From: an uncultured Bacteroidota bacterium
GTDB taxonomy: Bacteria > CLD3 > SB21
Length of the DNA: 64,000 bases
Direction of reading: 5' to 3'
NCBI GenBank assembly: GCA_964544475.1
Contig: CAZJBS010000010.1
Location: 9,961 to 73,960, forward strand
The notes beneath the pieces are model-generated. The model had not been told where the DNA came from and did no database searches. It saw only the letters and a program-made list of their open reading frames with translations. Of the stretch, positions 10,590 to 20,527 are shown in pieces. The translations under genes were made by a program, and so were the position numbers. The number at the start of each line of letters is the position of its first letter. The stretch's first letter is position 1.

Positions 10590-10923
10590 AAGAGACTCCT
10601 AGCATTAGGTGGAATGAATTGCCAATCAAGGTTGTCCGTTACTTTGGTTGAATTCGCGGGTTCTTTTCAGAAGGTTCTACGAGAAGAAGCCGTAAAAGAT
10701 GTGTCAAAAGCGGCAAAAATATAGAGAGCGGGTCTTTCAAAGTCAACCTTTTTGGCAGCTTTGTCCATGTGAAACGGAAACGCGCTCTTTGGTGTTGCCC
10801 TCCTCGCGAAGTTGGCGGTCGCCGCGAAAAACGGTGTGAGGCCGGTGAGCGATCGGGCCAAAAACAAATTGATTTTCTATCCAACGCTGGGTAGATTCGT
10901 CGCAATCATTCGCGGACATCACC

Positions 10924-11640
10924 ATGATACAGGCGGTCGTTTTCGACATGGGCAATACGCTCCTTCGCCAGGACCGGTTGCTTTGGAATCGTTTGATGAA
11001 GGCAGGTCTCATCAATCAGATTAATGTGTTTCGGAAACGCGGGCTGCGAAAGCCGACGCTGCGCGAATGGGCCGGTTCCTTTGAAGCGCTGCGGGCGGCG
11101 CTGGAGAGTGTTGCCGAAAAAAACCTCGTCGAAGTGAACGTGGAGAAGATATTTCACTATATGCTCGCATACCATGAAGTCCCGTCGGACATTGCTCCGG
11201 CCATGATGGTCAGCTTGCTTTTTGAGCCCATGATGACGGCCCGCCGGTTATTTCCGGAGGTGACGGACAGTCTTCAGCGCCTGCACGACCGTCGCTGCCC
11301 GATGGCGCTGGTCTCCAACACCATGGTGCCGCCGGCCATTTGCCGTTCGGCGCTGGACCGGCTCAACATTCTGCATTTTTTTGAATGCACGCTCTTCTCG
11401 TCGGAATGGACCTTTCGAAAACCGCACCCGGCCATGTTTGAGATGACGGCTCGCCGTTTAAGAATCAAACCCGGCCGCCTGTTGTATGTCGGTGACCGGA
11501 TCATCGATGACGTCCAGGGAGCGGCCGGCGCCGGCCTGAGGACCGCCTGGATCAACCGGGATGGAAAAAGAATCCAAAACCGCGTCAAACCCGACTACAT
11601 CCTTCGGTCATTGGAAGAAATTCCGGAAATACTCCGGTGA
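10924..11640 (+). CDS. HAD-superfamily hydrolase
   Basis: 238 aa. HAD motif I (VVFDMGNTL) and a C-terminal YVGDRIIDDVQGA motif. Confidence 0.7.
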   Translation: MIQAVVFDMGNTLLRQDRLLWNRLMKAGLINQINVFRKRGLRKPTLREWAGSFEALRAALESVAEKNLVEVNVEKIFHYMLAYHEVPSDIAPAMMVSLLFEPMMTARRLFPEVTDSLQRLHDRRCPMALVSNTMVPPAICRSALDRLNILHFFECTLFSSEWTFRKPHPAMFEMTARRLRIKPGRLLYVGDRIIDDVQGAAGAGLRTAWINRDGKRIQNRVKPDYILRSLEEIPEILR

Positions 11641-11693
11641 TTGGACAGGCCGGCAGCTTCGTTTCCTTGCTTTGGCCATTAACACATTAACGA

Positions 11694-12356
11694 ATGAAAA
11701 ATATCCATCATATCCTGTTTGACTTCGATTACACGCTCGCGGATTCTTCCGAGGGCATTATTGCCAGCGTTAATTTTGCGCTTGGCCGCGTCGGGCGTCC
11801 CCCTGCGCACCCGTCCGCCATTCGCAACATGATCGGCCATTCGCTCGAAGAAACGTTCGGTCAATTCATCGATCCGACCGACGCGAATCTGATTGCCACC
11901 TGCAAAAGATTGTTCATGGAATATGCCGACACCGGCGCCATGGTGAAAAGCACGGTGATTCTGGAGGGTGTGCGCCAGACGCTTGAACATCTTTTCGACC
12001 ATATGTACACGATGGGCATTGTGTCCACCAAACGTCGGTCGACGATTGAGGATACGCTGGAGACCCACGAGTTGGATGATCTGTTTGACATCGTCATCGG
12101 GTATGAGGACGTCACCGACCTGAAACCGAAACCCGAGGGTCTCCTTAAAGCCATGGATGAACTGGCGGGATCGACGGCGGACACGGTCTACGTGGGCGAC
12201 AGCCTGATCGACGTCGCGGCGGGACGCAGCGCGGGTTTGCCGGTGATCGCCGTGGCTTCCGGAATGACGTCGTACGATACGCTCAAAGCCAACGGACCGG
12301 CCATGGTCCTTAAACGTTTTCCGGAACTCGTCGACATTTTTTCGCCGGGCTCATGA
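11694..12356 (+). CDS. HAD-superfamily hydrolase (phosphoglycolate phosphatase-like)
   Basis: 220 aa. Motif I (ILFDFDYTL), then VSTKRRSTIE and a C-terminal VYVGDSLIDVAAGRSAG. Confidence 0.7.
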   Translation: MKNIHHILFDFDYTLADSSEGIIASVNFALGRVGRPPAHPSAIRNMIGHSLEETFGQFIDPTDANLIATCKRLFMEYADTGAMVKSTVILEGVRQTLEHLFDHMYTMGIVSTKRRSTIEDTLETHELDDLFDIVIGYEDVTDLKPKPEGLLKAMDELAGSTADTVYVGDSLIDVAAGRSAGLPVIAVASGMTSYDTLKANGPAMVLKRFPELVDIFSPGS

Positions 12357-12847
12357 AACGCACTCTGACAGCGTTCTGGCTCGCGGTTCTCCTGGTGTCA
12401 CCCGTTTCGGCGCAGAACGGTATGAACGGCAAGAGCCGGATTGACACAGCGATCACCGATGCCACCTTCGACCTGCGGGTATTGGGAGACGACATCTGGA
12501 AACCACCCCTCATCGTCCGGCGCTTCAAAGGGTTGCGTGTGGGGAACGACACATTGCCTCTGCGGATGCCCGCCGACAGTGGTATGGTGGTTGAAACCTC
12601 GGTGATGGGCTATCGCGTCCAGATCCATCACACCAACAATTACAACCAGGCCATCGTCATTCGCAACGATGCGATTCTGAAATTTCAGGAAGAAGTGTAC
12701 GTCGACTATGAGGCGCCCAACTACAAAATCCGCCTGGGCGACTTTCGGCGGTTCGAACAGGCGGAAGAACTGAAGGACTATGTCAAAACGATGGGATACC
12801 CCGACGCCTGGGTGGTCAAAACCAAAGTGAACATTCGCCGGGAATGA
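12353..12847 (+). CDS. SPOR-domain lipo/periplasmic protein
   Basis: 164 aa with an N-terminal signal peptide (MKRTLTAFWLAVLLVSPVSAQ). The C-terminal region (GYRVQIHHTNNYNQA ... YKIRLGDFRRFEQAEELKDYVKTMGYPDAWVV) looks like a SPOR domain. It overlaps the upstream HAD gene by 4 bp. Confidence 0.5.
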   Translation: MKRTLTAFWLAVLLVSPVSAQNGMNGKSRIDTAITDATFDLRVLGDDIWKPPLIVRRFKGLRVGNDTLPLRMPADSGMVVETSVMGYRVQIHHTNNYNQAIVIRNDAILKFQEEVYVDYEAPNYKIRLGDFRRFEQAEELKDYVKTMGYPDAWVVKTKVNIRRE

Positions 12848-12929
12848 CCACCGACAGTTTCGTTTGATTTTCACAATTAATTTCGGCATATACCCGTAGT
12901 CGCTTATTCAACACAAGGAGTAACAGGAC

Positions 12930-13841
12930 ATGCAGGTGAAAGACATGAAGACCATCGGTGTGCTGGGTTGCGGCCTGATGGGATCGGGCATTGCCCAGGT
13001 GGCCGCCGCCGCCGGATTCAAGACGATCGCTCGCGAAATCAATCAGGAACTGATTGACAAGGGTCTGGGGAACATCAAAAAACAGTTGGAACGCAACGCG
13101 GCCAAAGGCAAAATCACGGTGGAAGAAAAAGACCGCATCATCGCCAACCTGAGCGGCACGATTCATCTGGACGATTTGAAACATTGCGACGTCATCATCG
13201 AAGCCGTGACGGAAGATCCTGTCGTGAAAAATGAAATGTACAGTCACTTGGACAAGGTGTGTCCCGCCCACACGATTTTCGCTTCCAATACTTCAAGCCT
13301 GACGATCACTGAGATGGCCGCATCCACGCAACGCCCGGACCGCTTCTGCGGCATGCATTTTTTTAATCCGGTGCCCGTCATGAAATTGGTGGAAATCGTC
13401 AAAGGTATTCGGACGTCCGATGAAACGTACCAGACGGCATTTGAATTGGGCAAGGCGCTGGGCAAGACGCCGATCGGCGCCAAGGACAATTCAGGCTTTG
13501 TCGTCAATTTTCTTCTCGTGCCCTATCTCCTGGGCGCCATTCGCGCCGTGCAAAACGGCGTGGCGTCGATCGAGGATATCGACAAAGGCATGATGCTGGG
13601 ATGCGGATATCCGATGGGACCGCTGACGTTGCTTGATTTTGTGGGCATCGACACCACGTACCGCATCGCCGAAATCATGACAAAAGAGTACGGCGAGACC
13701 ATGTACACGTGTCCGCCACTGCTGAAGAAAATGTTTCTGGCGGGATTCTACGGCAAGAAATCCGGAAAAGGATTTTATGACTATAGTTCAGGAACTCCTG
13801 TTGTAAATAAGGAAATCGTTGCTTATATTAAAACCATGTAA
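12930..13841 (+). CDS. hbd: 3-hydroxybutyryl-CoA / 3-hydroxyacyl-CoA dehydrogenase
   Basis: 303 aa. Rossmann motif GVLGCGLMGSGIAQV, and an HBD-family middle and C-terminal region (NTSSL ... HFFNPVPVMKLVEIV). Confidence 0.85.
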   Translation: MQVKDMKTIGVLGCGLMGSGIAQVAAAAGFKTIAREINQELIDKGLGNIKKQLERNAAKGKITVEEKDRIIANLSGTIHLDDLKHCDVIIEAVTEDPVVKNEMYSHLDKVCPAHTIFASNTSSLTITEMAASTQRPDRFCGMHFFNPVPVMKLVEIVKGIRTSDETYQTAFELGKALGKTPIGAKDNSGFVVNFLLVPYLLGAIRAVQNGVASIEDIDKGMMLGCGYPMGPLTLLDFVGIDTTYRIAEIMTKEYGETMYTCPPLLKKMFLAGFYGKKSGKGFYDYSSGTPVVNKEIVAYIKTM

Positions 13842-13889
13842 CGGCGGCTACCGTAATGGCCGGAATTCATTCCGTTATAGGTAAAGAGA

Positions 13890-13930
13890 AAAAGGGACTT
13901 CTTCCGTCATGAAGAAGTCCCTTTTGTTTC
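13890..13930 (+). terminator. Rho-independent terminator downstream of hbd (possibly bidirectional)
   Basis: Perfect inverted repeat aagggacttcttc / gaagaagtccctt with a 6-nt loop, followed by ttttgttt. The A-rich 5' flank could also terminate the convergent minus-strand gene. Confidence 0.7.
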
Positions 13931-14005
13931 GTGGCTGATTTTTTCCGCTCTCGATCCGCGCTCCGGCTTTCTGCTGGTCACTAAATCATCGCCTGCATCG
14001 TACCG

Positions 14006-14521
14006 CTATCCAACAATGAATAGTATTTCACCTTTTTCGACATTGCGCCCCTGTTGGGCTGTGATCCTGGTGATGTTTCCGGGCACCGGCGATTTGATTT
14101 CATTTTCCATTTTCATGGCTTCGAGAATCAGCACACCCTGACCCTGTGTGACGTTGTCGCCTTCTGCCGCGAGAATTTTGGTGACAAGTCCCGGGATGGG
14201 CGCTTTCACCTCACCGCCTCCGGACGCACTTTTGTTGTTGATCAGCGAACGCATCAAGAAGGTCCGCTCATCCTCCACCGTCAACTGGAACCGGTGCCCG
14301 CGGGTGAACACCGCGTGACCAGCCCTGTCTTTCTGAATAATCATCCGGAAGGATTCATGGCCGACCAGCATGGAAAACAACGACCCTGCACCGGCCGACT
14401 TGAAATCGACATCCAACGTGTCGGATTCTTTCCCGTCGCTGATGTGCACACGATGACGTCCGTCAATTTCGGAAATTGTGACATCGTACGTCTTTGATGG
14501 TGTGGATACTTTGTAATTCAT
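14006..14521 (-). CDS. Biotin/lipoyl attachment (biotin carboxyl carrier-like) protein
   Basis: Start moved to the internal ATG (MNYKVSTPSK...), giving 171 aa. The C-terminal domain carries the canonical biotinylation motif EAMKMEN. The upstream part of the listed 358-aa ORF overlaps the convergent + strand gene and is treated as spurious. Confidence 0.6.
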   Translation of the reverse strand: MNYKVSTPSKTYDVTISEIDGRHRVHISDGKESDTLDVDFKSAGAGSLFSMLVGHESFRMIIQKDRAGHAVFTRGHRFQLTVEDERTFLMRSLINNKSASGGGEVKAPIPGLVTKILAAEGDNVTQGQGVLILEAMKMENEIKSPVPGNITRITAQQGRNVEKGEILFIVG

Positions 14522-14743
14522 ACGCTGGCAAGATACTCTTCGGTTCACAAAAAAACAAGCTCCGATCTCGGGGCCATTGTCCATTGGCGGTTGTTGTCCG
14601 TCGGATTGGCGGCCTACAGAAGGCCTGCGAGTCCTTAGATTATCATTGATTTTATTGGGCAGAATGGCAAAATTGCAAAGGTGACTCACCTGCGCTGCAT
14701 TAACGATTCGATTCCACATGCGGAAGGATTTCCAAACGGACAG

Positions 14744-16009
14744 ATGGCTATGTATCGTCTGCTGACTTTTTGGATTTGTTTTTTGTGCACCGGGTTGCCG
14801 GCCCAGGATTATTTTGGGGCTGCCATTCCATTCAGCGTGTACAATCAGCCGAGCGCGTTTACCGTCGGGGACATGCACAATGACGGCACGTTGGATGTCG
14901 TGGCCGTTGGAAGAAATGACGGCACCAGACAGGGATTTGTGGCTGTGATATTTGGCCGTGGTGACGGCAGCTTTCTGAGCAAGACAGAACTGGTATCCGA
15001 GTACTATCCGGTCGACGTGATCGTCGACGACCTGGACAAGGACGGACTGCCGGATATCGTGACGGCCAATGCCGGATCTCAAACGTTAAGTCTTTTTGTC
15101 AATCAGGGCGGCGGCGCTTTCAAGCTGAAAGAAAATTTCAAAATCAAAGGCGAACCGGCGCGGCTGTCCATCGGGGATTATAACAAGGACGGCTTGCGAG
15201 ATCTCATGGTGCTCATGAAAGGGGGACGCGACATCCAGATTTTCAAGGGAACCGGCAAGGCCCAGTTCAAAAATGTCGCGACTGTTCCGCTGGAATTTCC
15301 AGCCGTCGCGATACAGTTCAGGGACTATGCGGGCGCCGGTAATGACGGGCTGATCGTATTGCACGAAAACGAGACATTGGTCACGTTGATCAATCCTGTC
15401 GAGAAGTCCGGCAAATGGACATTCCAGAGCGCGAGGATTGACATGTTCACGAAGCCGGTTTTTGCGCAAATGGCGGATATCAACGGCGACGGATGGCCGG
15501 ACGCTTTGACCCTGTCTGGCGGCGCCATGAACGTCATGTGGAGCGCGGCGGGCGGGCTGTTGCTGGATCAGACCGTGGCGCTGGACATACCCGACGAGGT
15601 GGTTTCGTTTGAGGTCGGCGATTTCAATCGTGATGGACACAGCGATGTAGCCGTTCTGGATCCGGCGACCGCGCAAATACTCCTGTATCTGAATGCGTCG
15701 ACATCGACACCGAAGGCCTCAGCCACCAGGCCGGGAATCGTCATTCTTTGTGACAAGGACGATGCCAAACCCAAAACCGCCGACGTCGGCATGCTGGCCC
15801 ACATCCGGCACGTCAACATGTCGCTGTTTGACGGCTCGGGCAAGTTGATCCGAAAGTATTTCGAATTCGATTCGGATCTGCCCGACGGTCAATTCATGTT
15901 GGATTGGAATGGAACGGATGAAAACGATGCGGAGGTGCCCAACGGCCGGTATATTTTCTACTACAAACTCGGCGCCCTCACCGTGATCCGACCGCTGCAA
16001 AAGCCATAA
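14744..16009 (+). CDS. FG-GAP/VCBS-repeat protein with T9SS-type C-terminal sorting domain
   Basis: Signal peptide (MAMYRLLTFWICFLCTGLPAQ). Repeated GDxNxDGxxD motifs (GDMHNDGTLDV, DDLDKDGLPDIV, GDYNKDGLRDL, ADINGDGWPDA, GDFNRDGHSDV). The C-terminal roughly 80 aa form a beta-rich tail resembling Por-secretion or FlgD-Ig-like domains. Confidence 0.55.
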   Translation: MAMYRLLTFWICFLCTGLPAQDYFGAAIPFSVYNQPSAFTVGDMHNDGTLDVVAVGRNDGTRQGFVAVIFGRGDGSFLSKTELVSEYYPVDVIVDDLDKDGLPDIVTANAGSQTLSLFVNQGGGAFKLKENFKIKGEPARLSIGDYNKDGLRDLMVLMKGGRDIQIFKGTGKAQFKNVATVPLEFPAVAIQFRDYAGAGNDGLIVLHENETLVTLINPVEKSGKWTFQSARIDMFTKPVFAQMADINGDGWPDALTLSGGAMNVMWSAAGGLLLDQTVALDIPDEVVSFEVGDFNRDGHSDVAVLDPATAQILLYLNASTSTPKASATRPGIVILCDKDDAKPKTADVGMLAHIRHVNMSLFDGSGKLIRKYFEFDSDLPDGQFMLDWNGTDENDAEVPNGRYIFYYKLGALTVIRPLQKP

Positions 16010-16028
16010 CGAGGAAACAAAAACCAAC

Positions 16029-17513
16029 ATGGTGAAACAATGGCTGGCGCTTTGCCTTTGCGGCGTCATTACTGTCCAGGGCGTGGCCCAGAGACCATCG
16101 TCCGGCACGCAGGCCCTCAGCCGGGAAATCGACGCCCTCCTCAACCAACCTTTCATCCGAAACGCCACCTGGTCGATCGTCATTGAATCCTTGACCCGCG
16201 GGGATACGTTGTACTCGTTGAATGGGGAAAAAGGCCTTGTTCCCGCCTCCAATATGAAACTGTTCACCAGCGCCTTCGTGCTGGATCAGTTGGGTCCGGA
16301 CTTCACTTACAAAACGACCCTCTGGGCGCAGGGCCGTTTTGAAAACGATACGACGCTGGATGGAAACCTTATCCTTCGTGGTCAGGGCGATCCGACGCTG
16401 GGTGGCCGGTTTCGCGACGATAAGATGCTGCAGATATTCGAAGAATGGACCGACAGCGTCAAAGCTCGGAAGATCAAGGTGATCTGCGGTCACGTCATCG
16501 GCGATGACAATTTCTTTTCCGATGACATCATGGGCCGCCATTGGGAATGGGACAGCGAATCCTACTGGTATTCCGCGCAAGTCAGCGGATTGTGCTTCAA
16601 CGACAACTGCATCGATTGGTACATCACACCCGGCAAACCCGGCCATCGCGCGCGCGTGCTGGTGATGCCGAATACCAATTACGTGGACATTCGCAACCGC
16701 ACTCTCACTATTTCATCGCCGGTTTCGAAAATACCGGTGGACGTCACGCGGGAACGGGTTTCCAATGTGTTCACCGCCACCGGGCAGATCCCGGCGGATG
16801 CAGGTACCCTTGTCGGATGGGCGACCGTCGAAAACCCGACCTGGTACACGGCCACCGTTTTCAAAGAAGTTGTGGAAAAGAGCGGAATTCAGACCCACGG
16901 TCAGGCGTTGGACATTGACAGTGTTCCGGGATTTCGATACGATCTTTCCGATTCCAACATGATCCGGCTGGCCACGTATGAATCTCCGAAAATGTCCGAA
17001 ATCCTGAAAGTGGTCAACAAACGCAGCCAGAATTTATATGCGGAGCAAATTTTGAGGACCGTTCCGGCCATTCAGACAGGTGTCGGATCCGGGGATAGCG
17101 CCATTGCCATGGAAAAGAGATTCCTCGATTTCATGGGCATCGCCACGGATAAGATGACAATCACGGATGGTTCCGGCTACGCCAGAACCAACCAGGTTTC
17201 CACTCAGCATATCGTTCAGCTCCTCCGATCGATGCGACGGCATAAATACTGGAAAACGTTTCGCGAATCTTTGCCGGTGGCCGGTGTGGACGGCACGCTC
17301 ACCTACCGCATGAAAGGCACCGTGGCCCAGGGCAATGTGCGGGCGAAGACGGGATATGTGGACAAGGTCCGGTCGATATCGGGATACCTCGTGACCGCCA
17401 ACGGCGAAGAATTGGTTTTTAGCATGATTTGTAATAACTTCACCATCGACAAACTGGATGTGGAAAAAATTCAGGATACGATACTCGTACGACTGGCCGG
17501 ATTGAATCGATGA
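16029..17513 (+). CDS. dacB: D-alanyl-D-alanine carboxypeptidase/endopeptidase (PBP4, peptidase S13)
   Basis: 494 aa, signal peptide, SxxK-type active-site region PASNMKLFTS, and PBP4-family layout throughout. Confidence 0.8.
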   Translation: MVKQWLALCLCGVITVQGVAQRPSSGTQALSREIDALLNQPFIRNATWSIVIESLTRGDTLYSLNGEKGLVPASNMKLFTSAFVLDQLGPDFTYKTTLWAQGRFENDTTLDGNLILRGQGDPTLGGRFRDDKMLQIFEEWTDSVKARKIKVICGHVIGDDNFFSDDIMGRHWEWDSESYWYSAQVSGLCFNDNCIDWYITPGKPGHRARVLVMPNTNYVDIRNRTLTISSPVSKIPVDVTRERVSNVFTATGQIPADAGTLVGWATVENPTWYTATVFKEVVEKSGIQTHGQALDIDSVPGFRYDLSDSNMIRLATYESPKMSEILKVVNKRSQNLYAEQILRTVPAIQTGVGSGDSAIAMEKRFLDFMGIATDKMTITDGSGYARTNQVSTQHIVQLLRSMRRHKYWKTFRESLPVAGVDGTLTYRMKGTVAQGNVRAKTGYVDKVRSISGYLVTANGEELVFSMICNNFTIDKLDVEKIQDTILVRLAGLNR

Positions 17514-19087
17514 AAGACTTCCTGGACAACCGTTTGTTCGAGGGTCTCAACGCCGATGATTTCGAACATCTGGAAAAATTCATTCGTGTCGAAACGTATC
17601 CCGCAGGCGCCATTCTTATGGACGAGGGTCAGGCGGGAGACGCCCTGTATCTGCTGGGGCGCGGATCGGTGCACGTGTCCAGAAAATCCCCGGAAGGCCG
17701 CGATATTCCGCTGACCACGCGCCATACCGGTGATTTTTTCGGTGAAATGGCCCTGATCGAAGACGCCCCCCGCTCGGCCAAAGTGATTACGGCTGAGGCG
17801 TGCCGCGTCGGCCTGATATCAAAAACCGACTTCAACGCCATGTGGCACCATCAGCCGCAGATCGCTCTCAATATCATCAAAACGATCAGCGCGCGGCTTC
17901 GTCAAAGCAACGATCAGACGGTCCAGCACTTCCTCGAACGGGAGCAGATGCAGGCGCGGCAGCTCGAACGCCTGAGAGCGTTGTTTGATTTTTCGAAACT
18001 CGTGGCGCTGAGGGAACACGACAAGACTTTGTTTTATCTCGTACCGGATCTTGTCCATCGCCATGTACCATGCCGTGCCGCGATGTTGTTTGTGCGGGAG
18101 GAAAACGACGGCCGCTTTTACACCGAATCCAGGACCGATCATGTGGATACGCGTTGCGTGGTGGAGTCCGAAACCTCGGAGCGGATTAGCGCCATGCCGT
18201 CGTCGGACTACGCCGATCCGGAACTGGCCGCCCGGCTCCGCAACCTGGTGCCGGCCATACAAGAAGGTCCCCTCTGGATTGAGGGTCTTTTCTATGAATC
18301 CGAGTGGCTCGGGTTTCTGCTTTTCGAGCACGAGGCATGGAACGAAGAGGACCAGACGTTCATCCAGACTCTCGCCTCGTATCTGGCCGTGGTTCTAAGA
18401 AATATTCAGTTGACAAATCGTATGGTCGACGACGAAAAAATGTCGGCCATAGGCCGCGCGTCCAGTTCGTTCATGCATGACTGCAAAAACCTCATCGCCA
18501 TTGTCCATCTTTATGCGCAAATGATCTCGAGGACTTCCGACAAGAAGGAGATGGACGACATGATTGCCGAAATTGTCCGGAGCGCCAATCTCATCATGGC
18601 GATGTCCCGTGAAGTGTTATTCTACGCGAACGGCGAAATTCGTGTGAATCGGGAAGTGTTGAACGTGAGGCGCCTGATTGAAACCGCGCTGGCTTTGGCG
18701 AAGGACGACATGCAAAAACGCGAGATTGGAGTGACCCTGCATGTGCCCGACCATTTGTCGTACGCGTTTGACCAGGACAAAATGATTCGCGTTTTGTACA
18801 ACTTGATTTTGAATGCCTGCCAGGCTTCCGGGCCTGGCGGCGGACGCCTTCATATCGAGGCGATTCGCGAGGCGCACGATCTGATCATATTGATTCGCGA
18901 CAACGGTCCTGGTATTCCACGAGAAATCATGGCCCGCATGTTCACGCCGTTTGCGACGACGCGACAGGACGGCACCGGACTCGGTCTGGCCATTGTCAAA
19001 AGTATCGTGGAGGCCCACGACGGTGAGGTGACCGTCGAAAACAGGCCGGATGGCGGCGCGCAATTTGAATTGTCATTTCCTTTATGA
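17510..19087 (+). CDS. Sensor histidine kinase with N-terminal cyclic-nucleotide-binding domain
   Basis: 525 aa. cNMP-binding signature GDFFGEMALIEDAPRSAKV, a central GAF-like region, a His-containing dimerisation region (SSSFMHDCKNL) and a HATPase_c domain (IRDNGPGIP ... GTGLGLAIVKSIVEAHDG). Confidence 0.75.
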   Translation: MKDFLDNRLFEGLNADDFEHLEKFIRVETYPAGAILMDEGQAGDALYLLGRGSVHVSRKSPEGRDIPLTTRHTGDFFGEMALIEDAPRSAKVITAEACRVGLISKTDFNAMWHHQPQIALNIIKTISARLRQSNDQTVQHFLEREQMQARQLERLRALFDFSKLVALREHDKTLFYLVPDLVHRHVPCRAAMLFVREENDGRFYTESRTDHVDTRCVVESETSERISAMPSSDYADPELAARLRNLVPAIQEGPLWIEGLFYESEWLGFLLFEHEAWNEEDQTFIQTLASYLAVVLRNIQLTNRMVDDEKMSAIGRASSSFMHDCKNLIAIVHLYAQMISRTSDKKEMDDMIAEIVRSANLIMAMSREVLFYANGEIRVNREVLNVRRLIETALALAKDDMQKREIGVTLHVPDHLSYAFDQDKMIRVLYNLILNACQASGPGGGRLHIEAIREAHDLIILIRDNGPGIPREIMARMFTPFATTRQDGTGLGLAIVKSIVEAHDGEVTVENRPDGGAQFELSFPL

Positions 19088-19097
19088 AAGGTCCCTC

Positions 19098-20024
19098 ATG
19101 CGTTTCCCAGTGATGTTGATTCTGACGATTTTGACCATGCGCCCCGCCATTGCCGGAACGGGTGAAACGGGTTTTGCGTTTATGAAAATCGGCGTGGATG
19201 CCCGTGCGGCCGGCATGGGCGAGGCCATGACCGCCGTATCGACCGATGCCACGGCGTGGTTCTGGAATCCGGCCGGCATGGCCATGTCGGACCGGGCCGG
19301 CGTCGCCCTTACGCACAATCAATGGATTGAAGATGTCAGCCACAATTTTCTTGGCCTGAAAATCAATACGCGGGGCCACTATTTCGGAATCCATTACATC
19401 GCCACCGGCGTGTCGGACATTGAACAGCGGGAGATTCCGTCCGACGAGCCGACAGCCTTGTTTTCATCTCACGATGTGAATCTGGGTCTTTCGTATGCTC
19501 GTCGATTGAATGAGCGATGGTCGGTTGGCGCGACGGTCAATTACATGTACGAACGCATACAACACAGCGTCGATGCCGTGGGCGTGGATGCCGGCGTATG
19601 GTACAACGTCAGGTATGGGTACGACAATCCGGACATGAACGACCGCTGGCGGGTGGGTCTGGCCGTCTCAAATATCGGTCATTCGGGGAAACTCATCGAT
19701 CAGACCGTTCGCCTGCCGGGCGCCATACGGCTGGGGTCATCGTATGATATGGTACGTCAGACCGACGCGCGTCATCGCGTGACGATGGCCGTTGATCTGG
19801 TGAAACCGATCAAAGAGGATATCCATCTTCATACAGGGGCGGAATATGCGTTTCGTGAACGCATGTTTTTCCGCGCAGGTTATGTGGTCGGTTATGCGTC
19901 CCGGAGTTTTTCGGGAGGTGTCGGGATGAAAGTGTGGGAACGCTGGCGGTTGGATTATGCCGTCGTGCCGTTCAAGTATGAACTGGGCCTATCCCACCGG
20001 CTGACGGCGGCGTTTGAATTCTAA
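19098..20024 (+). CDS. PorV/PorQ-family outer-membrane beta-barrel protein (T9SS-associated)
   Basis: Start placed at MRFPVMLILTIL (signal peptide). The mature N-terminus GFAFMKIGVDARAAGMGEAMTAVSTDATAWFWNPAGMA matches the PorV/PorQ hallmark (GARxxGMGxA ... NPAG). C-terminal aromatic residue (F). Confidence 0.5.
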   Translation: MRFPVMLILTILTMRPAIAGTGETGFAFMKIGVDARAAGMGEAMTAVSTDATAWFWNPAGMAMSDRAGVALTHNQWIEDVSHNFLGLKINTRGHYFGIHYIATGVSDIEQREIPSDEPTALFSSHDVNLGLSYARRLNERWSVGATVNYMYERIQHSVDAVGVDAGVWYNVRYGYDNPDMNDRWRVGLAVSNIGHSGKLIDQTVRLPGAIRLGSSYDMVRQTDARHRVTMAVDLVKPIKEDIHLHTGAEYAFRERMFFRAGYVVGYASRSFSGGVGMKVWERWRLDYAVVPFKYELGLSHRLTAAFEF

Positions 20025-20033
20025 CGTATCGGC

Positions 20034-20513
20034 CTACGTACCGGTGGTTTTCTTGGCGAACTCAGACAACAGACTGTTGGTGGCGCGCAGCCGCCGGGCA
20101 AACGTCGTGCAAAATGCCCAGAGCACTTTCCGGGCAAAATTATCGTCATCCATCACCATCTTGATGAACTGACTGTTCTTCACTTCCAGGACCTTCGTCG
20201 CATCGACGGCCACCACGGACGCCGACCGCGGCTCTCCGTCCAGCAGAGCCATCTCGCCGAAATAGTCACCGCTCTTGAGCGTCGCCACGTCTTCGATCTT
20301 GTCCCCCTCCAGAGTCTTCGTCACCTTGACCTTACCGTCGATGATCAGATAAAAGCAATCGCCGATGTCTCCCTCCTTGAAGATCACGTGACCGGGCTCA
20401 AATTTCCGGCCATTGGCCGCCTTCAGCACTTTGTTGATATCCCGGGTTTCCAAGCCGTCAAAAATCTCGACGCTCTTGATCAGTTCCTCGAGAGTTTTAT
20501 GTTGATCCGCCAT
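20034..20513 (-). CDS. Cyclic-nucleotide-binding domain protein
   Basis: 159 aa stand-alone cNMP-binding fold (FKEGDIGDCFYLIIDGKVKV ... GDYFGEMALLDGEPRSASVVA). Confidence 0.7.
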   Translation of the reverse strand: MADQHKTLEELIKSVEIFDGLETRDINKVLKAANGRKFEPGHVIFKEGDIGDCFYLIIDGKVKVTKTLEGDKIEDVATLKSGDYFGEMALLDGEPRSASVVAVDATKVLEVKNSQFIKMVMDDDNFARKVLWAFCTTFARRLRATNSLLSEFAKKTTGT

Positions 20514-20527
20514 GGGGCACCGCCGGT

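Noticed and set aside
14522-15082. N-terminal 187 codons of the listed 358-aa minus-strand ORF 14006..15082
   Set aside because: Only the C-terminal 171 aa form a coherent biotinyl domain protein. The upstream part overlaps the convergent + strand FG-GAP gene and has no recognisable fold, so an internal start was used.
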